Made by a program: the position numbers and the translations under genes. Under the pieces are notes generated by a model that saw only the letters and a program-made list of their open reading frames with translations, was not told the DNA's origin and did no database searches. Of a stretch of DNA of 64,000 bases, positions 52,440-64,000 are shown one piece after another. The stretch comes from Vicugna vicugna. Lineage: Eukaryota. The first letter of the stretch is position 1. Each line of letters opens with the position of its first letter. Location: contig MU058423.1 of NCBI GenBank assembly GCA_013265495.1, forward strand, positions 8,355,627 through 8,419,626. Direction: 5' to 3'.

Positions 52440-53560
52440 CTAATATCTCAACTTCTCCTGTCCCATTATTCATGTTACGTCCCATCTGGCTGTCCATACT
52501 GGCCTTCTCTCAGTTCTTCAAATGCGCCATGCTCATTCCCATTTCACAGCCTTTGCGTAGGCCGTCTGCTCCGCCTAGAACACTCTTTCATGTCCCCAAA
52601 TTCTTTTAATCCCCCCCACACTTCATCTAGCTAGTTCTTCATTCTCCAGATCTCTTCCTGGACCTCACCTCAGGGAAGCCGTCCCTGATTCTCAGCCTAA
52701 GTTATCACCTTTCAAACATGTAAAACCCGTGACACTTGAAATTAGTTGTCAAGCCTTTTATGTTACACTGGAACCTCCATTAGGGTGGGTTCCAATTCTG
52801 TCCCAGTCATTGCCAAATCCCCAGCATTGTTTTCTCATTTGATACATGTTAGACATTGAATAAATATTTGTTCCATGAATGAGTAAACAAAAGGAGAAAC
52901 AAACGCTGTACATTTGGCTGGCATGATCATTTAAGGATTTACGGTGGAAGTAGCCTTGTGAGACAGGCTTTGAAAAATGGACACAACAGTGAGAGGCAGT
53001 GGAAAGAGCTGATGCTGATCTGAGGTTTGGAGGCAAGAGCGCTGGAGGGTGCTCAGGGAGGAGTAAATAGTTTACTTTGGCTGCAGAGTATGGACCATAT
53101 AGGAGAGCAGGAAAAGACTAGGTTGCAAAGGAAGGTCAACATCATACGGCGGGGGAAGGTCTGTCTTCAAAATAAACACTTAATTTTGTATTTGATGATG
53201 AGTGAAAGAACTTGGTACATAGGCTAAATGAAAGGGAATAGGGGATGCATGTAGGAAACTCATTCATGAACTCAGAGACAATCCAGGCAAGAAGTAATAA
53301 AATTTAAAAAACTGGATAGCTGACTGTGGAAAATAAATGGAAAAGAAAAGCAGTGATAAAAAGAATTGTATGTTTAAGATGGAGAGAGAGTAAAATGTTT
53401 AACTAAAATATTTGGGGGGAGATAAGGAAAAGAGAAAAGCCAGTGTGCTTTCTGCAGTTTCTGTAAGAGTAACTGGGAAAATGGTGAAACCGGGAAAGAG
53501 GATAATCTGGCTTCAGGGATGGTGAGGCAGAGAAATGAGTTTATTCTGTAACATTACTGA
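52440..53560. mobile_element. L2 fragments: + strand to about 52890, then - strand
   Basis: cacctcagggaagccgtccctga...aataaatatttgttccatgaatgag, followed by purine-rich antisense L2. Confidence 0.7.
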
Positions 53561-53931
53561 ACTAGAGTTCTTAAAAACTCACCTAGAATATGATAGCCTT
53601 GGGGTGAACACTGTAGATCAGTGGCTGAAGATTAATGCAGAACTTCTGCTCTATTGAGATTTTTTATTTACATTTCTGCTAATTCGCTTAGTCTGTTCAC
53701 ATGCTTTTGCATCAGGGGGTGCTTCAAACCATAGGGTAAACAGAGTATGTCTTTTTAGAGAAATAACTATGCAGAACATTTGAAACAATAACCAGCAACC
53801 AACTTAATCCCTTTCCCCAACTTAAAAATATTTTTATGTTAAAACAAACAGAAATGTGTTATGGAAGAGAGTGTAAGATTCACATGCATTTTTAAATGAC
53901 ATTCTCAAATTCAAAGAAATGTCATGCTTTG

Positions 53932-54046
53932 TAGGGGAGGGTATAGCTCAGGGGTAGAGAGCTTGCCTAGCATGCACAAGGTCCTGGGTTCAATCCCCAG
54001 AAACCCGATTAAAAATAAATAAGTTTAAAGAAAAGTATCTCCCCCT
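53932..54046 (+). mobile_element. tRNA-derived SINE, Vic-1 type
   Basis: GGGGAGGGTATAGCTCAGGGGTAGAG...GGTCCTGGGTTCAATCCCCAG; TSD AAAGAAATGTCAT(G/A)CTTTG at 53913-53931 and 54047-54065. Confidence 0.92.
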
Positions 54047-54699
54047 AAAGAAATGTCATACTTTGCAAACTGCTTCCAGTTCTATCCTCCTTGGCCCAGT
54101 CTCTCCACCCGTCATTTGAAGTTTCTTTTGCTAAGTACGTTACCTAAATAGCTTGCCCACCTCCACACAGCTAGTGGGTGGTGTAGCAGGAATTTTCATC
54201 CAGATCTCTCTAGAGCCTGCACTCTTAAAACTACTTCACTATATACTGTTTGATAATTCAGTGGTATCTGAGTCTTAGTTAATGTTATATTTAGCAGCAC
54301 TCACCAAGTAAATGACAACATAATGCCAAATGCTGGCAGCTGGTATTTTTCAATAATGAATAAGCAGCGTCTATGAGAATGCAGTCAGAGCAAGGGATTG
54401 TTCACAGTGCTTGGGAGAGGGTCAAAATGGGACCACCAAAAGGATTAGTGTGCTGTTTCCCAGTCCAGTGGCCATTAATTACATGGGTATGTTAAACATT
54501 CTTGTAAGGCTCAAACCATCTTTCAAACTTCCAAAACATAAAGCTGACATCATTTTCCTGTTCAAAATCTCGAGAGTGCAGTTTAGAGAGTACTTCACAA
54601 TCTGGTTCCAAACTGTCCTTCAACAATGAATCCCCACACCATCAGCCCCAAATACACCAGGCTTTCAACTCACTAGTTAGTTAAGACAACTAAAAATCT

Positions 54700-55040
54700 T
54701 CCTGAAAAAGTAACCTAAGGTTAAGATCCCAAGAGTTAGTAAGGGTTGATCTTATTAAAGCGGCGAAGGGTTGGGAGGGAGAGAATTCCAGGCAAGGACA
54801 GGCAGAAACAACATTGTGTGGAAGAAAGAGGCAGGCCCACTGGAGAGCTCCGTGAGGGAAGGATGGTTGGGAGATGAGGCTGAAAAGGCAGGTGGGCGGA
54901 AGCCAGAAGGCCGAAAGAGGACTTTGTAAGTCATATGGAACGTGGGCCTTTCCCTTCAAGGGCGATAGGAAGTCAACGATGGTACTGAGCAAGGAGTGCT
55001 TAGATCAGATCTGAACTTGAGAAAGTTCAGTGTAGACACC
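54700..55040 (-). mobile_element. L2 fragment
   Basis: ggagagaattccaggcaagg...gggagatgaggctgaaaaggcaggtggg. Confidence 0.7.
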
Positions 55041-56084
55041 ACTTGGAAATGGGATTAACACGCATCGTACTTCCACTATTACTTCCCCAAGGCACACCCT
55101 CCACCCACTGCTACAGGTAAGTGTGGAAGCTGATGAAGAGATTTACCTAACAAAACTGTAGTCTGAATTCTATTCAGATTTTAAAATACAGTAGTTAACA
55201 ACACAAACTTTCCTCTTAGAATCTAGGCATACACATTAGTGTGTTTTTATACACTTTAGTAACTGTAATAAGCAAATTACTTTGGAGCACTCCATTTTTA
55301 AACGTGAAATGTAATATTACAGCATTGTCAAACCATTTTATAATCTTTTTAAAAAGTGTTTATTTCAATCCATAAATATGATTAGTGAATACAGAATTAT
55401 ATAATCACCAAGAGAAGTTACTAGAGTTTTCATCATGGTCTCCTGGCTTTTCCTCTGCTGATATTGGTGCCAAAGAAATTAGGTTATAACTATTGTTTCT
55501 TTTTGTGGCTGAAGAAACATTTCCAAGTACAGAATGAATGGAGTTCATTCAGAGGCCTTGCAAATGGGCTGTGGCCCCTTTTTATGCATAATGGGCCCCA
55601 GCAAGGATATTTAGAACAAAACCAACTTTTACTTTTTACTTCAATGACAAAATCCTCACATTTCAAAGGAGCTCTGCACACTGGATTTATGCAGGTTTAT
55701 CTGTTCTTTTATCACAATTTCTATAGAAGAGTATTAAGGATGCTAGACAGTCTTCCACTCAGAGAAGGAAGCTAAATTTTTTTTTTAATAACAGGGTAAG
55801 TCACATTTTTAGGTTGTTTAAAACCTAAATTACAGAGGACACAGAAATCTCCAACAGACTAAGCCTGATATGATGACATGAAATAATATTTGAGAAGAAC
55901 TAAAGAGAAAGAGAGCTTGATGGAGAGAGCAAGTCCCTGTGAAAGGGGGGGAAAAAGGTGGAAAATGTCATGCATCTTTCAATAAACCTAATTTTTTGTT
56001 GTTGTTACTGTTGTCCCTGAATACATCAGGGCTTCGTGTACTTTTTTTTTTAACTGATTTTTTTCAAAGGTGAGACAAGACAGT

Positions 56085-56581
56085 ACAACAACTGGGAGAA
56101 AAAGAGGTTGTAACCCACTTCTTCCACACCCTCTTGACACTTACCATAAATCCTTTGTGTGGTCTTGGCTTATGCAGTATCCTGTCTCATTATGACTGGT
56201 CGTGAAGAGTCGAATAACCGTCATCAACAATATAGTATCAAATTGAAGCTCCCATATTTTTGTTAAATGTATCCATTTTGTCAACTTGGTCTTTTTTTTT
56301 TTTTTTTTTCTTTTTAAACCACAGAACAACCTCCACAACAACTGGGAGAAAAAGAGGTTGTAACCCACTTCTTCCACACCCTCTTGACACTTACCATAAA
56401 TCCTTTGTGTGGTCTTGGCTTATGCAGTATCCTGTCTCATTATGACTGGTCGTGAAGAGTCGAATAACCGTCATCAACAATATAGTATCAAATTGAAGCT
56501 CCCATATTTTTGTTAAATGTATCCATTTTGTCAACTTGGTCTTTTTTTTTTTTTTTCTGTTTAAACCACAGAACAACCTCC
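56085..56581. repeat. Near-perfect 250-bp tandem duplication of unique sequence
   Basis: Copy 1 at 56085-56334, copy 2 at 56335-56581; they differ by T18 vs T15 and one T/G substitution. Confidence 0.97.
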
Positions 56582-57339
56582 GAGAGGTGCCAAGTTCACA
56601 GCCGGTAAATTAGCACAGAAGTCAGCTGTAATCGAATGCAATGGCTTCAGAAAAACAGTCAAGATTTTAACCTAAGAGGAGAGGAATTTCAAATTTTTGA
56701 CCCACAAGTTCAATATTTAAAGGTTCTCTAGTATTTTTTAGCAAGGGAACTAGTTTATTCCTAGATTGGCCGGGGGGATGGATCTCTCGTGGTCTCAAAA
56801 TAATTTGCAGGTGGGACTTCAAAGGACACACAGAAACCCAGTGAAAGACAGAAAGGAGGAAGAAAGGATGCGGGTTCTCGGCATGCGCACTTCTGAGCGA
56901 GGCATCCTCTGTCTGGCCAGGAACCTGCGCCCTCGCTTCACTCACCAGCAGGGGGTCAGCAATGCTCCCTCACATGGTGTACTTTTGAAGCACTGGACAG
57001 AAACTCTTCTTAATGAGATATTAAAGATTAAAGCAAAATCCTGAGACTGAATCATTTGGGGAATTTAGAAAGGAAAGAAAGAAAACGGTCTAAGCCAAGT
57101 GAAGCCACCTCCAACGAGAGCTTGCTAAGCAGACAGCTCCTTTTTTCCCAGGAGTTCTGCAGGGGCTAAAGGCTGCAGAGAGATAATTGCTAATTAACCC
57201 CTTCGTGTTTCCATTCAGTAAATATTTATTAAGCTTGCCACATATCCAGAGCTGTCTTTTAATTATAGAAATATTGTATAATGACTGCGCATGTATTCTA
57301 CGCATTTTATTATATAACACTGTTATATTATTACGGTAG

Positions 57340-57840
57340 AAATAATGGTAGTATCTACTTCATCGGGTTGTGGAGAGGATGAAATGAGATAATAAGTATA
57401 AAGTGCTCATAGCCTCACTCCTGGTGCGCTTAATTGCTCAGTAAATGGTCACCACTATTATTACTCCTGTTACGGAAGCTGTTCAGGTAAAGCTTTGATT
57501 TCTTCGTCCAGCTCCAAAGAACTTTTAATGGAGATTCCAGAGGCTAACTAGTAACTGGGATTTGAGTAGGATCTGGGAAAAAAAAAAAAAAGATAAACTT
57601 TCGATCCAGAGGTACTTAAAAGATTTTGAACCACCTCAAGACTTAGATTTCTTATACGGTTCCTTAATTCCTGACGTTTGTGAAGAGACGTGCACTTTCA
57701 AGAATTTAGGCTTTGACACTGAATTAGGGAATTTGAATCCTGGCACCTATGACTTAATCTCTCTATTCCTTGGTTCTCTCATAAAATGGAACAAATAGTT
57801 CTACTTACACCTCATGATTGTTGTGAAGAATTTGCAGACC
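57340..57840 (+). mobile_element. Two MIR fragments
   Basis: gggttgtggagaggatgaaatgagataat...; tttgaatcctggcacc...ctcataaaatggaaca. Confidence 0.7.
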
Positions 57841-58633
57841 CTCTGCTCTTGAGCATAATTATTCATGAGTACAGAATTCCTTAATACCATGATCCATCTG
57901 GTTGAGAGATTGCTCACCTCAGTCTTTCCTAATTCCTCCTTTATTTGCAAAGGTCTACGATGACTCACTCCACAATTACAACATCCAAAATGCCCATGCA
58001 CTTCACTTCAGTTCCTGGCATCCTCCAGAGCCCACAATTAACATCTATGGGTACCCTGTCTTTCCCTCTGGGATCAAAGTGAAAAAAAGAAAAACCAGAA
58101 GTGGTGGTTTCTATATAGTTATTAGCAGTTAAACAACAACAACAATTACCACCAAAAGTAACTTAGGAAAAAAGTTTTAAAAAAAGTTACTAGAGGAAAG
58201 GGTCTGGTTCTGGCTTCTAGAACAGAAGAAGGAAGGAAAAAGGTCATGAGACAATAATCTGCTACATTCTACAGGGACTAGAGATAACTTGGTCAAAAGT
58301 AAAGAAAATTGGTTGGGCTACTCCCTAGGCAATGACAAGAAAATGACAATAAAAATTAAATGTAGAAGTAAGAATTCAGAACAAACAAAATACAAATAAA
58401 AAATTAAATGAGAGTTCCACATAGGTATATCATGGCATTCTTGCTCATCATGTCAACCTTGAAGCAAGAGAAGGGGATGTATTATGATATCCCAAATGGA
58501 AAATATGAATATGTTTTTTGAGTAAAGTTATTAAGTAGAGTGATTTTTTTAATATAGTAGGTTTAATAGGATTTGGTAAGTGGCCTAAAAATGTATAAAT
58601 AGTAATAATAACTGCCATTTAATTAAATGTCAG

Positions 58634-59218
58634 TGTAGTAGATGTTTTTCTGATTTTGCCATCCGACGTTCATTTTCTTTTTTTCTAATGACACCACCTA
58701 CATTTTTCTTTGGGGAATCACGTTTCCTGTGTCTTCTGTCCTTATGCTTTGGATGGAGATGAATTCAGCCCTGATTCTGAAGGTGGGTATGTGATCTAGG
58801 TGTGGGCAATCAAAACACCAAGTTTCCCTGGACCTACAATTGTATCAGGGCTGGAAACATACAAAGTGGATTTAATCAAAGTGAGGCCAGGACTTCTGCA
58901 GATATTTTGGAGGAGAGTTGACCCCTTTCTCTGTTAGACTGAAAATCGGTAAGATGTAAATACCGAGTTGCTAGGAGTCAACATTAAGAATCCCTTTCAA
59001 AATAAAGCAAATAGCAAAAAAAAGCAGGCTGGAGAAATGCATTGAGATCAAACCCTGAGAGTATTGTCTGAAGCCTTAATATTTTAGTAATAAAAGTTAA
59101 TTAACTTTTTTAAATTTTAGCCAGTTTTCTTTTATTCCTTCCTTCCTTCTTTACATCCTTCTTCCCTCCCTCCCTTCCTTCATTTTCCTTTATGCCTGCA
59201 ACTGAAAGTGTTAATACA
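58634..59218 (+). mobile_element. Old ERVL-class solo LTR (LTR16/LTR40-like)
   Basis: TG...CA ends; ctttggggaatcac...gtgatctaggtgtgggcaatca...ttagccagtttt...tgcaactgaaagtgttaataca. Confidence 0.65.
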
Positions 59219-59498
59219 ATGTATTTTATGTTAGCCATTTAAGTAATGTTGCATTGTGTGCACACATTCTCTTTCTATCTAGAGGAGAGAGGGTAGGGTG
59301 AGGCAGTAGGGAAATTTTTCAAATAGGTTTAGAAATCAGAGAAATTTCCCTTTATTCTTCTCACTAAAATGGATTAGGGTGGATCATAGGAATCTATTTC
59401 AAACAAATCAAAAATCTCCTAGTATTTTTGTATTGCAAAGACAATTTGCAATTTGTCTAAATTGTCATCTTAGAGCAGCAGATAGCTTAGAAACCACA

Positions 59499-60884
59499 TT
59501 TATCTTCCAGCTTTATTGAGGTATGAGCGACAAATAAAAATTGTATATATTTAGGTTGTACAACAAAATTTTTAAAAGGTATACAATGTGATGGTTTCAT
59601 ATACTAAACATTGTGGAATGATTACCACAATCAAGTTAATTAACACATTCATCTTCTTGCATAGCTACCTTTGTGTGTGTGTGTGTGTGTGTGTGTGGTG
59701 AAAACACTTAAGATCTACTCTGCTAGCAAATTTTAAATATACAATATGGTATCATTGACTATAATCACCATGCTGTACAATGGATCCTCAGGACTTGTAA
59801 CTGAAAGTTTGTACGCTTTGACCAACATCTCTCCATTATCCCCAAGCCCCGGGCAACCACTACTCTACTCACTGCTTCTATGAATTTGACTTTTTAAGAT
59901 TCCACATATAAGTGAGATCAAACACCGTTTGTCCTTCTGTGTCAGGCTTATTTCACTTAGCATAATGCCCTCCAGGTTTATCCATGTTGTCACAAATGGT
60001 GGGATTTCTTTGCTTCTTATGGCTGAATAATATTCATTTATAAATGAATAAATATATATACCGTGTAAGTTTCTTATCCACTCATTTGTCAAAAGACAGG
60101 TTGTTTCCGTATCTTGGCGACTGTGAATAATGCCGCAATGAACATGGGAGTGCAGGTATCTCTTCGAGAGACTGATTTCATTACCTTTGTATGTATACCC
60201 AGAAGTGGGTTTGCTGGGTCATATGGTAGTCCTATTTTCAAATTTTCTGAGGAACTCCACACTGGTTTCCATAATGGCTGTATCAATCTACATCCCCACC
60301 AACAGTGCCCAAGAGTTCCCTTCTCTCCACATTCCTGTCAACACTTATCTCTAGTACTGCTGATAACAGCTGTCTGAAAACTTGTGAGGTAATGGCTCGT
60401 TGTGGTTCTGATTTGCATCTTGTTGACGACTAGTAATACTGAGCACCTTGTATATACCTGCTAGCCTTTTGTATGTCTTCTTCGGGAAAATGTCTATTCA
60501 GGTCCTTTGTCCATTTTTAAATCAGGTTACTTTTTCACTATTAAGTTGTATGAGTTCCTTGAATATTTTGGATACTAATCCCTCATCAGGTATATGGTTT
60601 GAGAATTTTTTCCCGTTCTGTAGGTTGTCTCTTCACTGTGCTTGTTTCCTTTGCTACACAGATCTGTAGTTTGATGCACTCTCAGTTGTTTATCTTTGCC
60701 TTTGTTTCAAGTGCTTTTTGTGTCATATCCAAAAAAATCATTGCCCAGATCAATGCCAAGAAGCTTTTCCCTTTGTTTTCTAGGAGTTCATGGTTTCAAG
60801 ACTTACACTTAAGTCTTTAATCCATATTGAGTTGATTTTTGTGTAAGGCGTAAGGTAAGTGTCCAATTTCATTCTTTTGCATGA
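59499..60884 (-). mobile_element. L1MA-type 3' fragment (ORF2 end plus 3' UTR) with an embedded (TG)n
   Basis: cagctttattgaggtatga...caaataaaaattgtatatattta; minus ORF 60089-60286 has [23 protein letters not shown]. Confidence 0.92.
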
Positions 60885-60924
60885 AATACATATTTCTTTT
60901 AGTGCCCATACAGTGCTGAATGGA

Positions 60925-61080
60925 GCCATGTGGTATAATGATTAAGAACAAGAACACTGGTGCCAGAGAAGTGTGGGTTCAGATTCAGGTTCTAGAACTC
61001 ACTGTGTACCTCTGGATGAGGGTCTTAGACTAAATGCTTAGCATGGCTCCTGGAATTTGGCAAGCATTCAATAATAGCAG
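60925..61080 (+). mobile_element. MIR fragment
   Basis: gtataatgattaagaac...gggttcagattcaggttct...gcattcaataatagc. Confidence 0.65.
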
Positions 61081-62155
61081 CTCATATATGTACATATAAG
61101 TATACATGTACAACAGCAGTAGGTTTGCAAAATAAAAATCTTCGTAGAAAAGACTTCAGTGATAAAGGAAATATGAAAAGCAAAAGACAACTATTCATCC
61201 TTGAAGCTTCTTTACTAGTAACACACAGAAAACCACAAAACGCAGATTCATAACATAGTTCTATGAATTAAGAGGTGAATCGCTTAGATATACACAAGGT
61301 GCTAGATAAATGCCAGGAAAATGCTATACTGCTAGAGAGTAATTATTTATATTACTGTTTAACTATTGTAACTATATTTGACCATACTGTCCCAACATCT
61401 TATCAGTCCAAATGCAATATTAAACACTATGTTGTATGATGTTCTGTACTTGATTTTAAATGAATCACAATGGGATTTGACATGATTTGTTACTTTTTAA
61501 GGTTTTTATATACTTGACGATGAGCTGAGCACTCAGTTTCGCTTCAGTTACACAATTACAAGATCCTTTTTTAATAACACAATTATTCTTTCAAAGCTGA
61601 ATGTGCATGTACAAATGTCCAGAGTGTAGACAGCTGTCCAAACAATAAGAATTCTATGTGTCAGGACAGGTGCTGTTATTATCCCCCAAATCCATAACAC
61701 AAGTGTTCATTTATAAAGGATCTGAAGGAAAAAGACTGAATAAACATAAAAAATAAATAATTAAAGATCTCAGTAGTAAAACAAAGCAACGCATTTTAAT
61801 TTATTCCATGCAGAAGAATCAAAAAATATTCAATGAAAAGTCAAAAAAAAATTATAGGGGGTTGTCCGCCACTATGGAAGTATTTTGCTTTGGGATGTGT
61901 ACTGCTTCAGAGTGTTAAGAATCACCTGGCACATTTACAAAATCTGAAGAATCAACTTAATTTACACAGTTTTAGACACAAGTTACTACTGGGCAAGGAC
62001 CATCTTACTCATCATGGCTTTGCCAGTACCTCTCACAAATTAGGCACTGAATATATGAAGGAGCACTGCCGAGTGAAGACCTACAGCTCCTGGAAGAAAA
62101 GCCACACTGTGGTCAAACTGCACTGGCTTAAAATCAATGGCTGGATGATCAAAAG

Positions 62156-62365
62156 CAGTAGTTCTCAATTAGGGGTGACACTACCCTCCAGGGGACCACT
62201 GACAACATCTGGAGCCATTTTTGGCTTCACAACCTTGTGGATGCTGCCATCTAGAAGGCAGAGGCTAGGGGTGCTGCCAAACATCCTGTGATACACCGGT
62301 CAGCTCCACACAACAGAGAACTATCTGGCCCTAAATGTCAATGGTGCTAAGGTGAAGAAACCCTT
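62156..62365. mobile_element. MER20 hAT-Charlie MITE
   Basis: cagtagttctcaa...catctagaaggcagaggctaggggtgctgccaaacatcct...aaatgtcaatggtgctaaggtgaagaaaccct. Confidence 0.9.
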
Positions 62366-63209
62366 AGTTAACTAATGGGTTGTGATGGTTATATCACCAC
62401 ATATATTTATCAAAATTCACCAACCATACATTTTTAATGAATGATTATATTATGCATAAATTTTCTTAATAACACTGTTAAAAATGAATAAAATTAAAGA
62501 ATAAAAAAGTTAACTTGATATTTATGATAATATTAGACAGTCATCCAGAGCCAAACCCGCCAAATCTTACCTTGTTTAAATAAAAAAGTTTCATTATACA
62601 ATTGAGAACTCATTTTCCAAAAAAGAAAAAAGAAAAAAGAAAATTCCGCTGAAATGGAAATATGGAAGTAAAATGAGAAGCCTTTCATTATCTCTCAGCT
62701 AGCAGACCATTTTCCACATATCTTTGTATTTATCACCACATGTGATATTTAGGAACTTTGGATGAACATAAGTTAAAATGGTATGCTAACACATAAGGCT
62801 TTTCATTCTAGAAAATACACTAACTTTTGTGAGTGAGACATTTTAAAAGGTCAAATATGGAAGGACTAGATTTGTACTCTATACTGGCCTAAGAATACCG
62901 AGACAAGAAAGGTAAAGGTGATAATGATAAGAGAGATAGTTGGCATCTTTTGAGTGCTTTCAATTTGCCAGGTATTGAACTAACCACTTTACGTGTGTTT
63001 TCATTTAGCTGGTAAGCTTTATCAATTTCAGAAATTAAATGTTCCAGTAGGAACATTATTTGCTCATTTATATAGAATTGTATTCTAATTTCCCTCTTAC
63101 ATATTCATCTCCTCTTCTAGTCTGAGATCTTCTAGAGGACAGAGTCTCTTGTCTTATTCATCATTATATCCCCAAGAGCCTGGTCCCTTATCAAAAAATA
63201 GCGCATTCA

Positions 63210-63353
63210 GGGGAAAGAGGGGTAGAGTGTGTGCTTAGCATGCATGAGGTCCTGGGTTCAATCCCCAGTACCTCCATTAAAATGAATAAACAAACAAACA
63301 AACAATCCTAATTACCCTAACCCCCCAAAAAAGGGAAAAAAGAATTCATTAAG
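63210..63353 (+). mobile_element. tRNA-derived SINE, Vic-1 type, lacking most of the A box
   Basis: GGGGAAAGAGGGGTAGAG...GGTCCTGGGTTCAATCCCCAGTACCTCC; TSD AAAAATAG(C/T)GCATTCA at 63194-63209 and 63354-63369. Confidence 0.9.
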
Positions 63354-64000
63354 AAAAATAGTGCATTCATTAGAGGTTTCTTTCATGAATAAAGACATCA
63401 CTGCTTGGTAAAACATAAACCTAGGGAAACTAACTAAAACCCTCCAAATTTGGAGAAGAGATATTATTGTAAAACTAGCCAGTGAGCTCCCCCAAAAGCA
63501 GCTCATCTTGTATTCACAGTTACTAGTGAAGAGTCTAGCATATGAAAGACACAGAATATTTTGAATTGAGTTTATCTTGAGACTAATTTTCAAAAGTTTT
63601 TCTAAGAGAAGGAAATGCGAGCTACTCCTTTACATGGATCTTGACTCAGTAAAAACAGTTACTCCTTCTTCCACGTGTGCTTGTTTATAGCGCTTGTGTG
63701 GTTTCTGCCCTTTACATGATCCATGTGCAGCTCTAATAATAACAATTAATGCACTCAGACAAGCTCAAAGGGAGGAAATATTTCACAACTATGTATTTTT
63801 CAGAGTGAGATGCAGAGTGGTCATATTAAGTAAAGACAAATATTCCTTTCTAAGTCTAACACAGATCTCTACAGCCACCCAATTAGATTGCTGCCTTATC
63901 TAGGGAGCCATCATGTAGTCCTGCGGAGGGTACTGTGGAAAAAGGAAGAAAAGAAGTAGCAACAAGTTAAATGTGCCGAGGCAGAAACTACATGTCTATT

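Noticed and set aside
53934..54005. tRNA gene (also at 10160-10229, 23870-23940, 63210-63275)
   Set aside because: A/B boxes are followed by A-rich tails and flanked by TSDs, with no proper cloverleaf: tRNA-derived SINEs
56141..56576. Duplicated peptide (KKKKTKLTKWIHL...) as a repeat protein
   Set aside because: By-product of the 250-bp duplication; the poly-Lys comes from the T homopolymer

Overview
AT-rich, CpG-poor mammalian genomic DNA, intronic or intergenic and dense in repeats. Four tRNA-derived SINEs of the camelid Vic-1 type and L1 3' ends of the cetartiodactyl type point to a camelid (alpaca, llama or camel). I found no complete protein-coding gene, RNA gene, CRISPR array or prokaryote-type system. 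The recognisable ORFs in the track are decayed L1 ORF2 or L2 remnants (or their antisense frames); the rest look like chance. Much of the window is interspersed repeats (L1, L2, MIR, MaLR/ERVL/ERV1 LTRs, hAT MITEs), several nested and with visible target-site duplications (TSDs). The best non-repeat signals are on the minus strand. One is a compact candidate promoter and first exon at about 11.5-11.7 kb (FOXA/GATA/RUNX motifs, TATA-like box, strong Kozak ATG, MEVTTKIRLCEPSA, GTAAGT donor). The others are candidate spliced exons at 56.4-57.0 kb overlapping a near-perfect 250-bp tandem duplication, and a candidate 31-nt micro-exon at 543-573. I cannot name the host gene, and I do not see evidence for a novel biological system. 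Repeat subfamily names are from memory of consensus sequences; boundaries without TSDs are approximate.
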